Shown here one piece after another: positions 40,139 through 49,864 of a DNA stretch of 64,000 nt. The stretch covers positions 3,775-67,774 of the forward strand of contig MGFG01000032.1 of the NCBI GenBank assembly GCA_001791745.1. Reading direction: 5' to 3'. A program made the position numbers and the translations under genes. How positions within the stretch are numbered: position 1 is the first letter of the stretch; each line of letters begins with the position of its first letter. This DNA is from Candidatus Uhrbacteria bacterium RIFOXYC2_FULL_47_19. GTDB taxonomy: Bacteria > Patescibacteriota > Patescibacteriia > SG8-24. The notes beneath the pieces are model-generated. The model did not search any database and had not been told where the DNA came from. It was given only the letters and a program-made list of their open reading frames with translations.

Positions 40139-41044
40139 TCAGATTCTGAATAGATTTTGTGTATTTTTAAGTGTTTGACTATAAACCTCATCCAGATCTA
40201 GGTTCTTGATTTCAGCGATCTTGTTTGCTACGAGACGCACAAAAGCTGGTTCGTTTTTTTCTCCACGATGAGGTACTGGAGTCAAATATGGTGCATCGGT
40301 TTCTATAATTAGCCGTTCGATAGGTATGGCTCGCACTACATCATGAAGCGTTTCTTCGGTGTTTGGTGAAACCTTGCGTGGTTTGTAGGTTACATTGCCA
40401 GTAAATGATAGATACAAACCGAGATCCAGATACGACTCTGCTTCAGCGATCGTACCAGAAAAACAGTGTACATCGCCGCGCGGCAATCTTCCTGCCACTC
40501 GATGGTCGTTCAGGATTCTTAGAACCTCTCCGTGTACATCAGTCGAACCGTCGGCTGCATTTCGAGTATGGATCATTAGTGCTAGTCCACGCTCAAAAGC
40601 TAAGTCAATCTGAAGACGAAAAAGCTCTTCTTGTTTGGCACGAAAAATTAATGGATCAACATTGACTGGGACATGGTAGTAGTCCAAACCACACTCCCCT
40701 ATTCCAACTGTTTTGGAACTTTGATCGATCAATGAATTATAATAATTCGGATCAAAAATTTCAGCTCGACTGCGGAAGTGAACTAACTCGCCACCTTCTT
40801 CCTCGCTTTCATCGACCTCTTGTTCAAATAAATGAAGCGGGTGTAGCCCAACTACAGCCCAAACATTGTCGTATCGTTCAGCACATTCAACCGCTCGTTG
40901 GCTAGTCGAAGACTGCGAACCAACAACAACTAAACCGATACGATCATTAGCTGCTCGTTGAATAACATCTTCGAGATCATTGCGGTAGGCACTGAAGTTA
41001 GTGTGACAGTGTGCATCAATGAGTTGTAATTCAGTAGTGTTCAT
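40139..41044 (-). CDS. TatD-family metal-dependent hydrolase (paralog 2).
   Basis: N-terminal HxH (IDAHCH) and TatD-family His/Asp signature positions. Confidence 0.8.
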   Translation of the reverse strand: MNTTELQLIDAHCHTNFSAYRNDLEDVIQRAANDRIGLVVVGSQSSTSQRAVECAERYDNVWAVVGLHPLHLFEQEVDESEEEGGELVHFRSRAEIFDPNYYNSLIDQSSKTVGIGECGLDYYHVPVNVDPLIFRAKQEELFRLQIDLAFERGLALMIHTRNAADGSTDVHGEVLRILNDHRVAGRLPRGDVHCFSGTIAEAESYLDLGLYLSFTGNVTYKPRKVSPNTEETLHDVVRAIPIERLIIETDAPYLTPVPHRGEKNEPAFVRLVANKIAEIKNLDLDEVYSQTLKNTQNLFRI

Positions 41045-41140
41045 GGTTTTGATATTAAATCAGGTAGGAGTACATAATTTACAATAAAAAATCCGGCTAA
41101 AGCAACCAGATGATGGACCGTTCTGAATGAATGATCGAAC

Positions 41141-41983
41141 TTAGGAACCGATGCGTCTAAAAATCTTATGAGCATTGGCTGATAGTTGCTTCTCTACTTC
41201 GATAACCGACAAATGGCGTAAGCTCGCAATATTATCGGCTACTTGACGTACATAAGCCGGCTCACTTCTTCTTTGACTCCAAGGAGTCGTGGTTTGAAAA
41301 GGACAGTCACTTTCTGCAAGTAAATTGGATAACGGTGCTTTTTTGAGTAGTTCACTCTGATAACCACCATGCGCAATGATGCCAGTGACTGAAATCATGA
41401 AGCCGAGACTGAAATACTTGCGAGCTTGTTTCCAAGTACCAGAGAAACAATGCACTACACCACGCGAGTCAAACCCTGTTGTACTTTGATCCCAGTTCGT
41501 GAGCAATTTTAGCATTTCATCGTGTGCATCGCGACAATGTAATAGTACCGGCAATCGAAGCTCACGTGATAATTGAAGAAATAAACCGAAGGTGCGAATT
41601 TGATTACGTCGAATGCGCTCAGCTAATTCAATCTCTGGTCCGCCACGCCGTCCGGTTGGTAAATCATGATAATCTAAACCGGTTTCACCGATGGCTACCA
41701 CCTTAGATCGACTGGCTAAATGACGATAGGCTCCAAAGTCGATCAGTTTATCATCTGCAATTAGGTCACCAGTTACTTTTGATGGATGTAGTCCAACTGC
41801 GGCATAGACTCCTTCGTGTTTTTCGGCGATACCTACCGCTAGCGTCGAGGTGACGTAGTCGCAACCCAAAGTCACAACTCCGACATTTTCGTGTCTAGCA
41901 TGTTCGACCACAACTTCAAGATCCCGATCAAAAATCGGGTCATCCAGATGAGCATGGGTATCGATCAAACGATATGATTTCAT
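41141..41983 (-). CDS. TatD-family metal-dependent hydrolase (paralog 1).
   Basis: N-terminal HxH (IDTHAHLD) and conserved His/Asp positions. Confidence 0.8.
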   Translation of the reverse strand: MKSYRLIDTHAHLDDPIFDRDLEVVVEHARHENVGVVTLGCDYVTSTLAVGIAEKHEGVYAAVGLHPSKVTGDLIADDKLIDFGAYRHLASRSKVVAIGETGLDYHDLPTGRRGGPEIELAERIRRNQIRTFGLFLQLSRELRLPVLLHCRDAHDEMLKLLTNWDQSTTGFDSRGVVHCFSGTWKQARKYFSLGFMISVTGIIAHGGYQSELLKKAPLSNLLAESDCPFQTTTPWSQRRSEPAYVRQVADNIASLRHLSVIEVEKQLSANAHKIFRRIGS

Positions 41984-42003
41984 GGTGAAAGGGAGAGACT
42001 GGA

Positions 42004-42516
42004 TTACAGCACTGAGTGCAGCATCTGAATCGCTTGAGGTAAGAGTGGAGAAACAGCTAAACCAACTAAGTTCAAAGCATCAGCCAAGATCGATTCGTCC
42101 AACATTGGTCCAAAACCTTCAAAAAATGGAAATCGACCAGAGAAGTAAACTGCTAGTCCTAAGACCAAGGTTCCTTCGATTAGACCGAAGAGTGCACCCA
42201 ATAATCGATTGAAGGTCTTAAGAAAAGGCAAAAAGGAAACAACATCGAAGATTTTTTCTAGTAGAGAGAACAATACTCCAACCAGCCGAGTAATTAGGAG
42301 GAACAAGACAAAAAAAGCAATGATGTCTGCTAAGTTTTGATTACCACCAATAAATCGAATCAGAACATCACCAACCTGCTCATAGAGACGACCAGCAATG
42401 AAAGCTCCAACCACGAAGCCAACCAATGAGCCAACCATGTGAATAATACCGAACCACAAACCGTATAGGACGAAACCACACAGTACGATTAGCGCTATCA
42501 GGTCGATGATGTTCAT
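42004..42516 (-). CDS. CvpA-family membrane protein.
   Basis: Four TM helices. The N-terminus (MNIIDLIALIVLCGFVLYGLWFG) is typical of CvpA. Confidence 0.65.
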   Translation of the reverse strand: MNIIDLIALIVLCGFVLYGLWFGIIHMVGSLVGFVVGAFIAGRLYEQVGDVLIRFIGGNQNLADIIAFFVLFLLITRLVGVLFSLLEKIFDVVSFLPFLKTFNRLLGALFGLIEGTLVLGLAVYFSGRFPFFEGFGPMLDESILADALNLVGLAVSPLLPQAIQMLHSVL

Positions 42517-42602
42517 GTCTTTAGAAAATGATGGGACTTACTTCGTGTTAGGCACACAAAGCACCCTCCTGGCCCCATTGTATCATTTTTTACTCGTCTG
42601 CG

Positions 42603-44135
42603 TCAGACGGAAAGGCGTGGGAAGAGTATCTCATTCTTGCTCACCTTGGTGCCTGGTTCGAGTCCGCCCCATTTACTACCTTCGGGTAGTCGGGCCGCGA
42701 CGACATCAATCGATAGTTGGGCCAAAGTTTTTTCGGCAGTGTTTGGCACTATCGGCAATAAGGCCAATCCGATCTGACGTAATGCCTCAGCGATTTGGTA
42801 CATGAACGGTGATACGTCGATCCCCTCCTTGGCTTTCTTAAACGGCGCTTCAGTGTCGATCGCCTGGTTAACCGAAGTTACATAGCGTTCGATTGTTCGA
42901 ACTGCCTCGTCGAAACGAAAAGTAGACAGTGCACTTTCGTAGGCTGACCAGAAGGCCGGAGTCTCGAAACGATCTGGCTGTTTGACTGGAACCTGGCCGT
43001 CACAGTACTTCTCGACCATGGTCGCGGTCCGAGCCGCTAGATTGCCTATACCGTTTACCAGTTTGGAAGTGTAGATCTCCTCGAAAGTGCGGGCAGAGAA
43101 GTCTCCATCTTCGTACGAGGGTAGGCCGCCAAGTAGAAAATAACGGACTGCATCGGTACCGTACTTTTCTACCAGATCGTAGGGATTGACTACGTTGCCG
43201 AGCGACTTAGACATTTTTTGTCCGTCCGCAGTGATGAAGCCGTGAATGAACACCTGTCGCGATATCGGCAAACCGGCCGACAGCAGCATTGCCTGCCACA
43301 TAGCCGACTGCTGGCGTAGATTGTCTTTACCTGCAACCTGCACGCCGGGCCAAAAAGCCTCGAAGTTTGTCTGATCATCGGGCCAACCCAAGGTTGAAAT
43401 ATAGTTGACCAGTGCATCGAACCAAACGTACATGACATGCTCGTTATCGTCCGGTACTGCTATGCCCCACGGCATCTTGGCTTTGAGGCGCGAAATACTG
43501 AAGTCCTGCAGTCCACCACGCACGAACGAAGTGATTTCATTAAATCGTGATGTTGGTATTACGAAGTCCGGCTGAGCGGCGTAGTGCTTGAGTAGACGAT
43601 CGGCGTAGTTCGACCAGCGGAAGAAGTAGTTCTCCTCGTCGCGTAGCTCTATCTCTAAATTGGGGTGCACTGGACAGTGTCCATCCTCCAATTCAGAGTC
43701 GGTCTTCTCTAACTCGCAGCCGACACAGTACTTGTTTTGGTAGTGCGCTTTGTAGATGTCGCCAGACGCGGTGCAGCGACGCCAAAATTCCTGGGCTGCA
43801 GTGATGTGATGCTCATCGGTCGTGCGGATGAAGTTGGTGTAAGTCAAATTGAGCGACTCTTTGAGTCCGTCGAATCTAACCGCGAAGCCATCACAGTATT
43901 CCTTCGGATCAAGTTCAGCCTCCTGCGCTTTAAGGTAAATTTTCTGTCCGTGCTCATCCGTACCGGTGTTAAAAATCACCTCGTCACCCAAGAGTCGTCG
44001 CCAACGCGCTAATGTGTCGGCTTGGATTATCTCCAAGGCAAAACCAATGTGTGGCTCGGCGTTGACGTAGGGCAAGGTAGTTGTGATGTAGTATTTTCCC
44101 ATATGATCAGTTCTTTCCGTCAATGACGATGACAA
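42603..44135 (-). CDS. metG: Methionyl-tRNA synthetase (short form).
   Basis: HIGH-region variant (NAEPHIGF), a zinc-knuckle cysteine segment, and KMSKS. Confidence 0.9.
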   Translation of the reverse strand: MSSSLTERTDHMGKYYITTTLPYVNAEPHIGFALEIIQADTLARWRRLLGDEVIFNTGTDEHGQKIYLKAQEAELDPKEYCDGFAVRFDGLKESLNLTYTNFIRTTDEHHITAAQEFWRRCTASGDIYKAHYQNKYCVGCELEKTDSELEDGHCPVHPNLEIELRDEENYFFRWSNYADRLLKHYAAQPDFVIPTSRFNEITSFVRGGLQDFSISRLKAKMPWGIAVPDDNEHVMYVWFDALVNYISTLGWPDDQTNFEAFWPGVQVAGKDNLRQQSAMWQAMLLSAGLPISRQVFIHGFITADGQKMSKSLGNVVNPYDLVEKYGTDAVRYFLLGGLPSYEDGDFSARTFEEIYTSKLVNGIGNLAARTATMVEKYCDGQVPVKQPDRFETPAFWSAYESALSTFRFDEAVRTIERYVTSVNQAIDTEAPFKKAKEGIDVSPFMYQIAEALRQIGLALLPIVPNTAEKTLAQLSIDVVAARLPEGSKWGGLEPGTKVSKNEILFPRLSV

Positions 44136-44784
44136 ATTCTCCTTTGATGCTGCCTTTCGCTAGTCCAGCCATAACTTCAACCGCTGTCCCGCGGTAGGCC
44201 GTCTCGTGAATTTTAGTTAGTTCTCTAAGGACACAGATTCGGCGTTCTGGATCGAGTTCACTAATTGACTCCAATGCCTTATTAATGCGATGTGGTGACT
44301 CGTAAACCACGATCGGATGCGGATTCTCAAGAGCTATTCTAAAAAACGCCCCACGCCCTTTCTTGTGCGGTGGGAAACCGAGGAAAGTGAAGGCAGATGA
44401 TGGGAAGCCAGCAACTGAAACCGCTGCTAAGGCTGCACTCGGTCCAGGAATCGGAATAATCTTAAGCTCCGGTTCCTCGGCCAGTAGGTCGCGAATTAGC
44501 AACGAACCAGGATCACTAACTCCAGGTGTTCCGGCATCGCTCACTAATCCCACTTTCCTACCCTCCCGTAACAGCTCTAGAACACGACCAAGCTTTCGAC
44601 CATGCACTTGTTCACGATAGCTTTCGGCGACGATCTTGATTTCATATCTATCAAGTAGTCGTCGTGTCACTCGAGTGTCTTCACAAAAAAGTACATCAAC
44701 TTTTTTCAAGATTTCAAGAGTTCTTAGAGTTACGTCTCCAAGGTTACCGATCGGAGTGGCAATGACGTAAAGAATTCCTAACAT
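44107..44784 (-). CDS. rsmI: 16S rRNA (cytidine1402-2'-O)-methyltransferase RsmI.
   Basis: LYVIATPIGNLGDVTLR N-terminal signature of the tetrapyrrole-methylase-fold RsmI. Confidence 0.85.
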   Translation of the reverse strand: MLGILYVIATPIGNLGDVTLRTLEILKKVDVLFCEDTRVTRRLLDRYEIKIVAESYREQVHGRKLGRVLELLREGRKVGLVSDAGTPGVSDPGSLLIRDLLAEEPELKIIPIPGPSAALAAVSVAGFPSSAFTFLGFPPHKKGRGAFFRIALENPHPIVVYESPHRINKALESISELDPERRICVLRELTKIHETAYRGTAVEVMAGLAKGSIKGEFVIVIDGKN

Positions 44785-44804
44785 AGTCTAAATATTGTAC
44801 CCGT

Positions 44805-46070
44805 TTATTGACCCAACGTCTCACGTTCAGTTTGAGTCAATGCAGTTTCGAGTAAGTGGTTGTAATCGAGTTTTGACTCCTCAGCTGCGACTTGCTCTGG
44901 ATTGGAACGTAGTTCGGGATGGTCGGGTACGAACAGCGAACAACAATCGTCATGCGGTTCAATCGAGATGGTATAAGTGCCGATAGTGCGAGCTAGATCT
45001 ACAATATCACGTTTATCTTCGCCGATGAGTGGTCGATAAATTGGTAGTTTTGTGGCAACACTTACGGTTAGTAGATTTTCTGGCGTCTGTGAGGCGACCT
45101 GGCCTAAACTATCGCCGGTCACTAAACCAAGTGCTCCTTCATGAATAGCCAGTCGTTCGGCCAGCCGCATCATTAAACGACGGTACATAATGATCCTCAA
45201 GGCTTGATCAGTCTTGGTTGTGATTTCCCGTTGCGCTTCGGCAATTGGCACAGTGTACAGGACAGAGCGTCCTTGGAAGCGATCGAGAGATTCAGCTAGT
45301 CGTCGAACTTTATCGATGGACTCACGTCCAACGTGCGGATAGCTGTGGAAGTGAACGAACACCGTTCGGCAACCGCGACGCATTAGTTTCCAGGCTGCAA
45401 CCGGCGAGTCGATTCCGCCAGAGAGCAGTACGACCATGGTGCCGGTTGTACCGGTTGGTAGTCCACCTGGACCCTGCTGTCGATTTACTGCCACGAATGC
45501 CCCATCGATATTGATTTCGATAAAGATGGTGTGATCTGGATTGGTTAAATCAACCTGTAGGGCAGGGTTCGCCTCTAGAACTCCAGCTCCGACCACCCTG
45601 GCGACTTCGACTGAGTTAAGTGGAAAAGATTTGTCGGCTCGCTTAGCTGTAACACGAAACGAACCGGACTTAGTGGTCATTGACTGGCTAGCCGTACGGG
45701 AGATTTCTTCAATTTGGCAAGGACAGCTCTGGGCGAAGGTGAAATTGCTGATACCGAACACTTCGGACAGTGCGGTTCGGAGCTGATCGATCTTGGGAGT
45801 CAGGTCACGGTCTGACCTCAACAGCATCAATCCCTTGCGGAAACTGATCTTGAGGTCAGGAAATTCGCCCAGCCGTCGGCGAGCGTTGTCTCGAAGTTGA
45901 CGCTCAAAAAAAGCTCGGTTATTGCCCTTGAGTGCGATCTCGTCGGTATGTATGAGTATCGAATCGATCATAGAGAGATAGGATAGCGTGCTCGTCAGAT
46001 TTTGGCTAGGTTTGCGACATCCAGACAAAAAGAAAAGCGGCCCGTTTGTGGACCGCCGGAGAGGTTCCAT
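44805..46070 (-). CDS. thiI: tRNA 4-thiouridine synthase ThiI (THUMP plus PP-loop, no rhodanese domain). The likely true start is the internal Met near 45971.
   Basis: PP-loop SGGIDSPVAAW and an N-terminal THUMP-like region (IHTDEIALKGNNR). Confidence 0.8.
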   Translation of the reverse strand: MEPLRRSTNGPLFFLSGCRKPSQNLTSTLSYLSMIDSILIHTDEIALKGNNRAFFERQLRDNARRRLGEFPDLKISFRKGLMLLRSDRDLTPKIDQLRTALSEVFGISNFTFAQSCPCQIEEISRTASQSMTTKSGSFRVTAKRADKSFPLNSVEVARVVGAGVLEANPALQVDLTNPDHTIFIEINIDGAFVAVNRQQGPGGLPTGTTGTMVVLLSGGIDSPVAAWKLMRRGCRTVFVHFHSYPHVGRESIDKVRRLAESLDRFQGRSVLYTVPIAEAQREITTKTDQALRIIMYRRLMMRLAERLAIHEGALGLVTGDSLGQVASQTPENLLTVSVATKLPIYRPLIGEDKRDIVDLARTIGTYTISIEPHDDCCSLFVPDHPELRSNPEQVAAEESKLDYNHLLETALTQTERETLGQ

Positions 46071-46088
46071 CGTCCGTCTCGGATTCGT

Positions 46089-46952
46089 TTAGGAAGGGTT
46101 AGTTGTCAGGTGCAGCACGCGTTTGGAGACGACTTCCCAGTTGAGGATGCCGAAAGCTGCACCGAGCAGTCCACCAAAGATCACCATTGTTGCCTGTTGA
46201 GCGAACGATCCGGTTGACTGGGCCAGCCAGAGGTAGCTGACCGTCCCACCGAGAGTCCCGTCGATCGCACACAGAACTCGCTTTTGCGAATGAATCAGCT
46301 TGAACAGATGCCAGCCGACTAGAACGACGAATTTAGCTGCCAAGAAGATACTGATAGCGACGTATTTCCACAACGTCCAGGCGGAGAACTTGATGATGGC
46401 CATCATTCCCCGTAGGACCATCGTCGCCACGATACTGTAACCGGCGTTTTCCAAAAAATCTTCTTGACTTGGTCTTTTCCAAATCACAAAGTCGTCGACT
46501 ACTATGCCAAATTCAGCCAGTGCATATAACACCACAGAAGTCATGATAGCCACTCCAACAGCAATGAGGACGGAAAGGGAGAAAACAAAAAAATATATCT
46601 GCAACTGCTCCACTAAAGAATTGGCCGAATTTCTCTGTAAGACATCAACAGCGAAGACCGTAGCAGAAACAAACCCCACTACGGCTCCGAAATAAACGAA
46701 CGGATGCGGCTTTCGGAGCCACTGCCAGGCTATCTTCCTCCCTTCGGTCAGCCCCCGATCGGTTCCCTCAGCCGCCCGGCGAAGGGCCGTTGGTATGGCC
46801 CGCAGCACCTGCCGGAACTCGTAGCCCAGGTAGCCGCCAGCCCCTCCGGCCAACAAGCCCAGATACCAAAACTTGGGAGTGAACAGGAGCGCCACCAAGC
46901 AGCACAGTGCGCCACCCACGAAACAGGCCAATGCGATCTTTTTCGTCTCCAT
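46089..46952 (-). CDS. Polytopic membrane protein, function unknown.
   Basis: Hydrophobicity only. The N-terminal 80 aa are encoded by an unusually GC-rich stretch. Confidence 0.4.
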   Translation of the reverse strand: METKKIALACFVGGALCCLVALLFTPKFWYLGLLAGGAGGYLGYEFRQVLRAIPTALRRAAEGTDRGLTEGRKIAWQWLRKPHPFVYFGAVVGFVSATVFAVDVLQRNSANSLVEQLQIYFFVFSLSVLIAVGVAIMTSVVLYALAEFGIVVDDFVIWKRPSQEDFLENAGYSIVATMVLRGMMAIIKFSAWTLWKYVAISIFLAAKFVVLVGWHLFKLIHSQKRVLCAIDGTLGGTVSYLWLAQSTGSFAQQATMVIFGGLLGAAFGILNWEVVSKRVLHLTTNPS

Positions 46953-47079
46953 CGGAGACCTCCTTCCTTTTTCAAGGTGCGTAGTTTTGGCTTAGACGGG
47001 CGTATTCCCATCTTCGCCTGAAGGAAGGAAAGCGGATTTCGGAGGAATCGTCAAGACTTTAATTACCGCTAGTTTTAAA

Positions 47080-47112
47080 ACCAAAAACGCCCAATCAAGG
47101 GCGTCTTTTTAT
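47080..47112 (-). terminator. Rho-independent terminator of the glutaredoxin-like gene.
   Basis: ACGCCC-aatcaa-GGGCGT, flanked by an A-run and a T-run. Confidence 0.6.
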
Positions 47113-47123
47113 CTCCTTATCTT

Positions 47124-47375
47124 TTATTCCAGTCCCAGTGTCTTGATGATCGCTTCTTGATCGAAACCAATAATAACTGTTTCACCGATCATGATCACTG
47201 GTACGCCCATTTGCCCGGTCTTCTCGACCATTTCACGAGCGGCCTCCTCGTCAGTCGCTACGTTAATATCGCGGTAATCAATCCCCCTTTCTTTGAGAAA
47301 CGATTTGACCATGACACAGTACGGACAGGTCGGAGTCGAATAGACAGTAACTTTTTTCTGGTTCTCTTCTTCCAT
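47124..47375 (-). CDS. Glutaredoxin / NrdH-like redoxin.
   Basis: CPYC active site within a thioredoxin fold (VTVYSTPTCPYCV...GVPVIMIG). Confidence 0.7.
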   Translation of the reverse strand: MEEENQKKVTVYSTPTCPYCVMVKSFLKERGIDYRDINVATDEEAAREMVEKTGQMGVPVIMIGETVIIGFDQEAIIKTLGLE

Positions 47376-47460
47376 AAAAGAATGCGATTGACGAGTTAAA
47401 TACCTGAACGGAGGATAGCATGGTCATAATTACCGGACCAGCAAAAACACTTTTACTTAA

Positions 47461-48195
47461 CTAAATATTACTAAATCCCTTTTCCTCGATCTCTAGCGCT
47501 AACTCCGGACCTCCATTGCGGACAATTAGACCATCTTTCATTACTAGTACCCGATTCGGTTTAAGATAGTTGAGAATTCGGGTGTGATGAGTAATGAGCA
47601 ACAAGCCGGTTCCTTCGGATTGCAGCGCGCCGACTCCCTCAGCCACCAACTTGAGCGCGTCAACATCTAAACCTGAATCGGTCTCGTCGAGTACGGCGTA
47701 CTTGGGCGAGAGTACCGCAAGTTGCAACATCTCCGCTTTCTTGCGCTCACCGCCGGAGAAACCCTCATTGACCCCACGATCGGCGAATGAGGCCGGCAAA
47801 CTGAATCGCTTGAGCTGCACCTCGAGCATCTGCCGAAAGTCGATCGAGTCAATATCTTGATCGTGTACAGCGTTGTAGGCTAGACGCAAAAATTCAGCCA
47901 GTGGCACACCTGGTATCTCGGGCGGTGACTGCAGCGACAGTAGTAATCCGAGTTTAGCCCGTCGGTCCGGTGTTAGGGACGTAATGTCTTCGCTGTCCAG
48001 CAAGACACTGCCATCCGTAATTGTGTAATCGGGATGCCCCATGAGTGCATTTGCCAGCGAGCTCTTACCTGATCCGTTCGGACCCATTAAAACCTGAATT
48101 GTACCAGCTGGTATTTCAAACGAGATACCATGAACGATTTCTTGTTCATTACGACTTACTTTTAAGTTTTTTATTTTCAATATCTTCTTAGACAT
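47461..48195 (-). CDS. sufC: Fe-S cluster assembly ATPase SufC.
   Basis: ABC ATPase Walker A (GPNGSGKS), signature (FSGGERKK) and Walker B. Confidence 0.9.
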   Translation of the reverse strand: MSKKILKIKNLKVSRNEQEIVHGISFEIPAGTIQVLMGPNGSGKSSLANALMGHPDYTITDGSVLLDSEDITSLTPDRRAKLGLLLSLQSPPEIPGVPLAEFLRLAYNAVHDQDIDSIDFRQMLEVQLKRFSLPASFADRGVNEGFSGGERKKAEMLQLAVLSPKYAVLDETDSGLDVDALKLVAEGVGALQSEGTGLLLITHHTRILNYLKPNRVLVMKDGLIVRNGGPELALEIEEKGFSNI

Positions 48196-48199
48196 AAAA

Positions 48200-48610
48200 T
48201 CATTGTTTCTTTTCGGAAATATCTTGCAGTGCCTTTTTTAATGTCTCTAAACCTAGTAATGCGCATTTTAATCGTGCTGGTCCAACTTCTACACCTAATA
48301 ATTCAAAGATAAAACCTCTGCCAAGTGTCAATACCTCGGTAGTGGTTAAACCTTTAGCCTTCTCGGTTAGCATCGAAGTTGCGGCCTGACTGATAGCACA
48401 ACCAACACCATCGAAGCTTAGATCGGTAATACGGTCATCCTCTATCCGGACAAAAATCTCTACGTCATCGCCACAGCTCATGTTGACCTCGCGTTGGCTA
48501 ATCGTCGCATTATCCATTCGTCGCTTATTGCGCGGCGAACGATTGTGGTCCAAGATGTTCTGCCGATAAAGATCAGCTCGCCCAATTCGGTCGTGATCGA
48601 TACTGTTCAT
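48200..48610 (-). CDS. sufU: SufU/IscU-like Fe-S scaffold / sulfur acceptor.
   Basis: Conserved cysteines within MSCGDDV and GVGCAISQA. Confidence 0.75.
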   Translation of the reverse strand: MNSIDHDRIGRADLYRQNILDHNRSPRNKRRMDNATISQREVNMSCGDDVEIFVRIEDDRITDLSFDGVGCAISQAATSMLTEKAKGLTTTEVLTLGRGFIFELLGVEVGPARLKCALLGLETLKKALQDISEKKQ

Positions 48611-49860
48611 GCCTTTAAGGTCTTAATGGCTTTCAGGATAGCACTGTGCAGTGCCTCGATGTCTTTCTCGCAGTTGTACAGACCAAAACTAGCTCGGGTT
48701 GTACCTGGTAACCCCAATCGCCGCATGAGCGGCATAGCACAATGATGTCCGCCTCGCGTACAGACACCCTCGCCACCCAGAATATCAGTCATATCGTGCG
48801 GATGGATACCTTCGACATTGAAAGATACAACTCCACCACGATCTAACCCTTCATCTGAAGGTCCGTAAATTTTTAATCCCGGAACAGTAGTCAGTCGATT
48901 GAGTGCCTCACGAGCTAATGTCCTCTCGTGTTTCTCAATATTCTCCACACCAATTGAAGTTACAAAGTCTACCGCTGCGCCCAGACCGATCGCTCCAGCA
49001 ATATTCGGTGTGCCAGCCTCAAACTTGTGTGGCAGCTCGTTCCATTTTGAGTCTTCTTCAGTCACCTCTAAGATCATATCACCACCATAGAGGAAAGGAT
49101 TGAGTGCATTAAGTTGTTCGCGCTTACCATATAACGCACCAATACCAGTTGGCCCATACATCTTGTGTCCAGAGAAAGCTAAAAAGTCACAATCCATTGC
49201 TTTAACATCGACTGGCCGATGACCAATTGACTGTGCAGCGTCAACTACAAATAGTGCACCATTCTGTCGTGCCAGATTACGTAATTCGGTCAAAGGTAGA
49301 ACAGTACCGAGCGCATTCGAGATTTGCATCACTGAAACCACCTTAGTTTGCGGACCAATTAAACGCCGAGCTTCCTCTATATCTAGAGTAAAATCATCTT
49401 TTAGACTAATAAATTTCACCTTGAACCCGTACTGTTTAGCGAACTGCTGCCAAGTAACCAGGTTGGCATGATGTTCCATGATCGAGATAACCACCTCATC
49501 ACCCGGCCCGAGTTGTGGGGCTATTTTATAGGCAACCAAATTGAGAGATTCAGTGGCACCGCGAGTGAAAATAATTTCCTCTGACGTGGCGTTCAATAGT
49601 CCGGCGACCTTAGCACGGGCCGTCTCATACTCTTCTGTAGCTCTGGCGCTTTCATCGTACATACCGCGATGCACGTTACAGCGATATTGTCGGTAGTAAC
49701 CATCCATGGCACGTAAAACAGATTCCGGTGTCAGAGCTGAAGCTGCTGAATCGAGATAATGAAAAGGCCGACCGTTACGATCACGACAAGCAACGTCTTG
49801 AAGCATTGGAAATTCCTGACTAGCTAGTCCGACGGCAATGATAGGTTTCTGTTCATTCAT
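48607..49860 (-). CDS. sufS: Cysteine desulfurase SufS (class V aminotransferase).
   Basis: PLP-lysine motif FSGHKMYGPTG and a C-terminal catalytic Cys region. Confidence 0.9.
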   Translation of the reverse strand: MNEQKPIIAVGLASQEFPMLQDVACRDRNGRPFHYLDSAASALTPESVLRAMDGYYRQYRCNVHRGMYDESARATEEYETARAKVAGLLNATSEEIIFTRGATESLNLVAYKIAPQLGPGDEVVISIMEHHANLVTWQQFAKQYGFKVKFISLKDDFTLDIEEARRLIGPQTKVVSVMQISNALGTVLPLTELRNLARQNGALFVVDAAQSIGHRPVDVKAMDCDFLAFSGHKMYGPTGIGALYGKREQLNALNPFLYGGDMILEVTEEDSKWNELPHKFEAGTPNIAGAIGLGAAVDFVTSIGVENIEKHERTLAREALNRLTTVPGLKIYGPSDEGLDRGGVVSFNVEGIHPHDMTDILGGEGVCTRGGHHCAMPLMRRLGLPGTTRASFGLYNCEKDIEALHSAILKAIKTLKA

Positions 49861-49864
49861 AGGT

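Noticed and set aside
45972-46070. N-terminal 33-aa extension of thiI.
   Set aside because: ThiI homologs start at the THUMP-domain Met (MIDSILIH...). The extension has no counterpart.
46704-47021. Overlapping ORFs in three frames (46704..47021 +, 46748..47011 -) at a GC-rich stretch.
   Set aside because: The GC-rich segment encodes the N-terminus of the 287-aa membrane protein on the minus strand. The other frames stay open only because of the high GC content.
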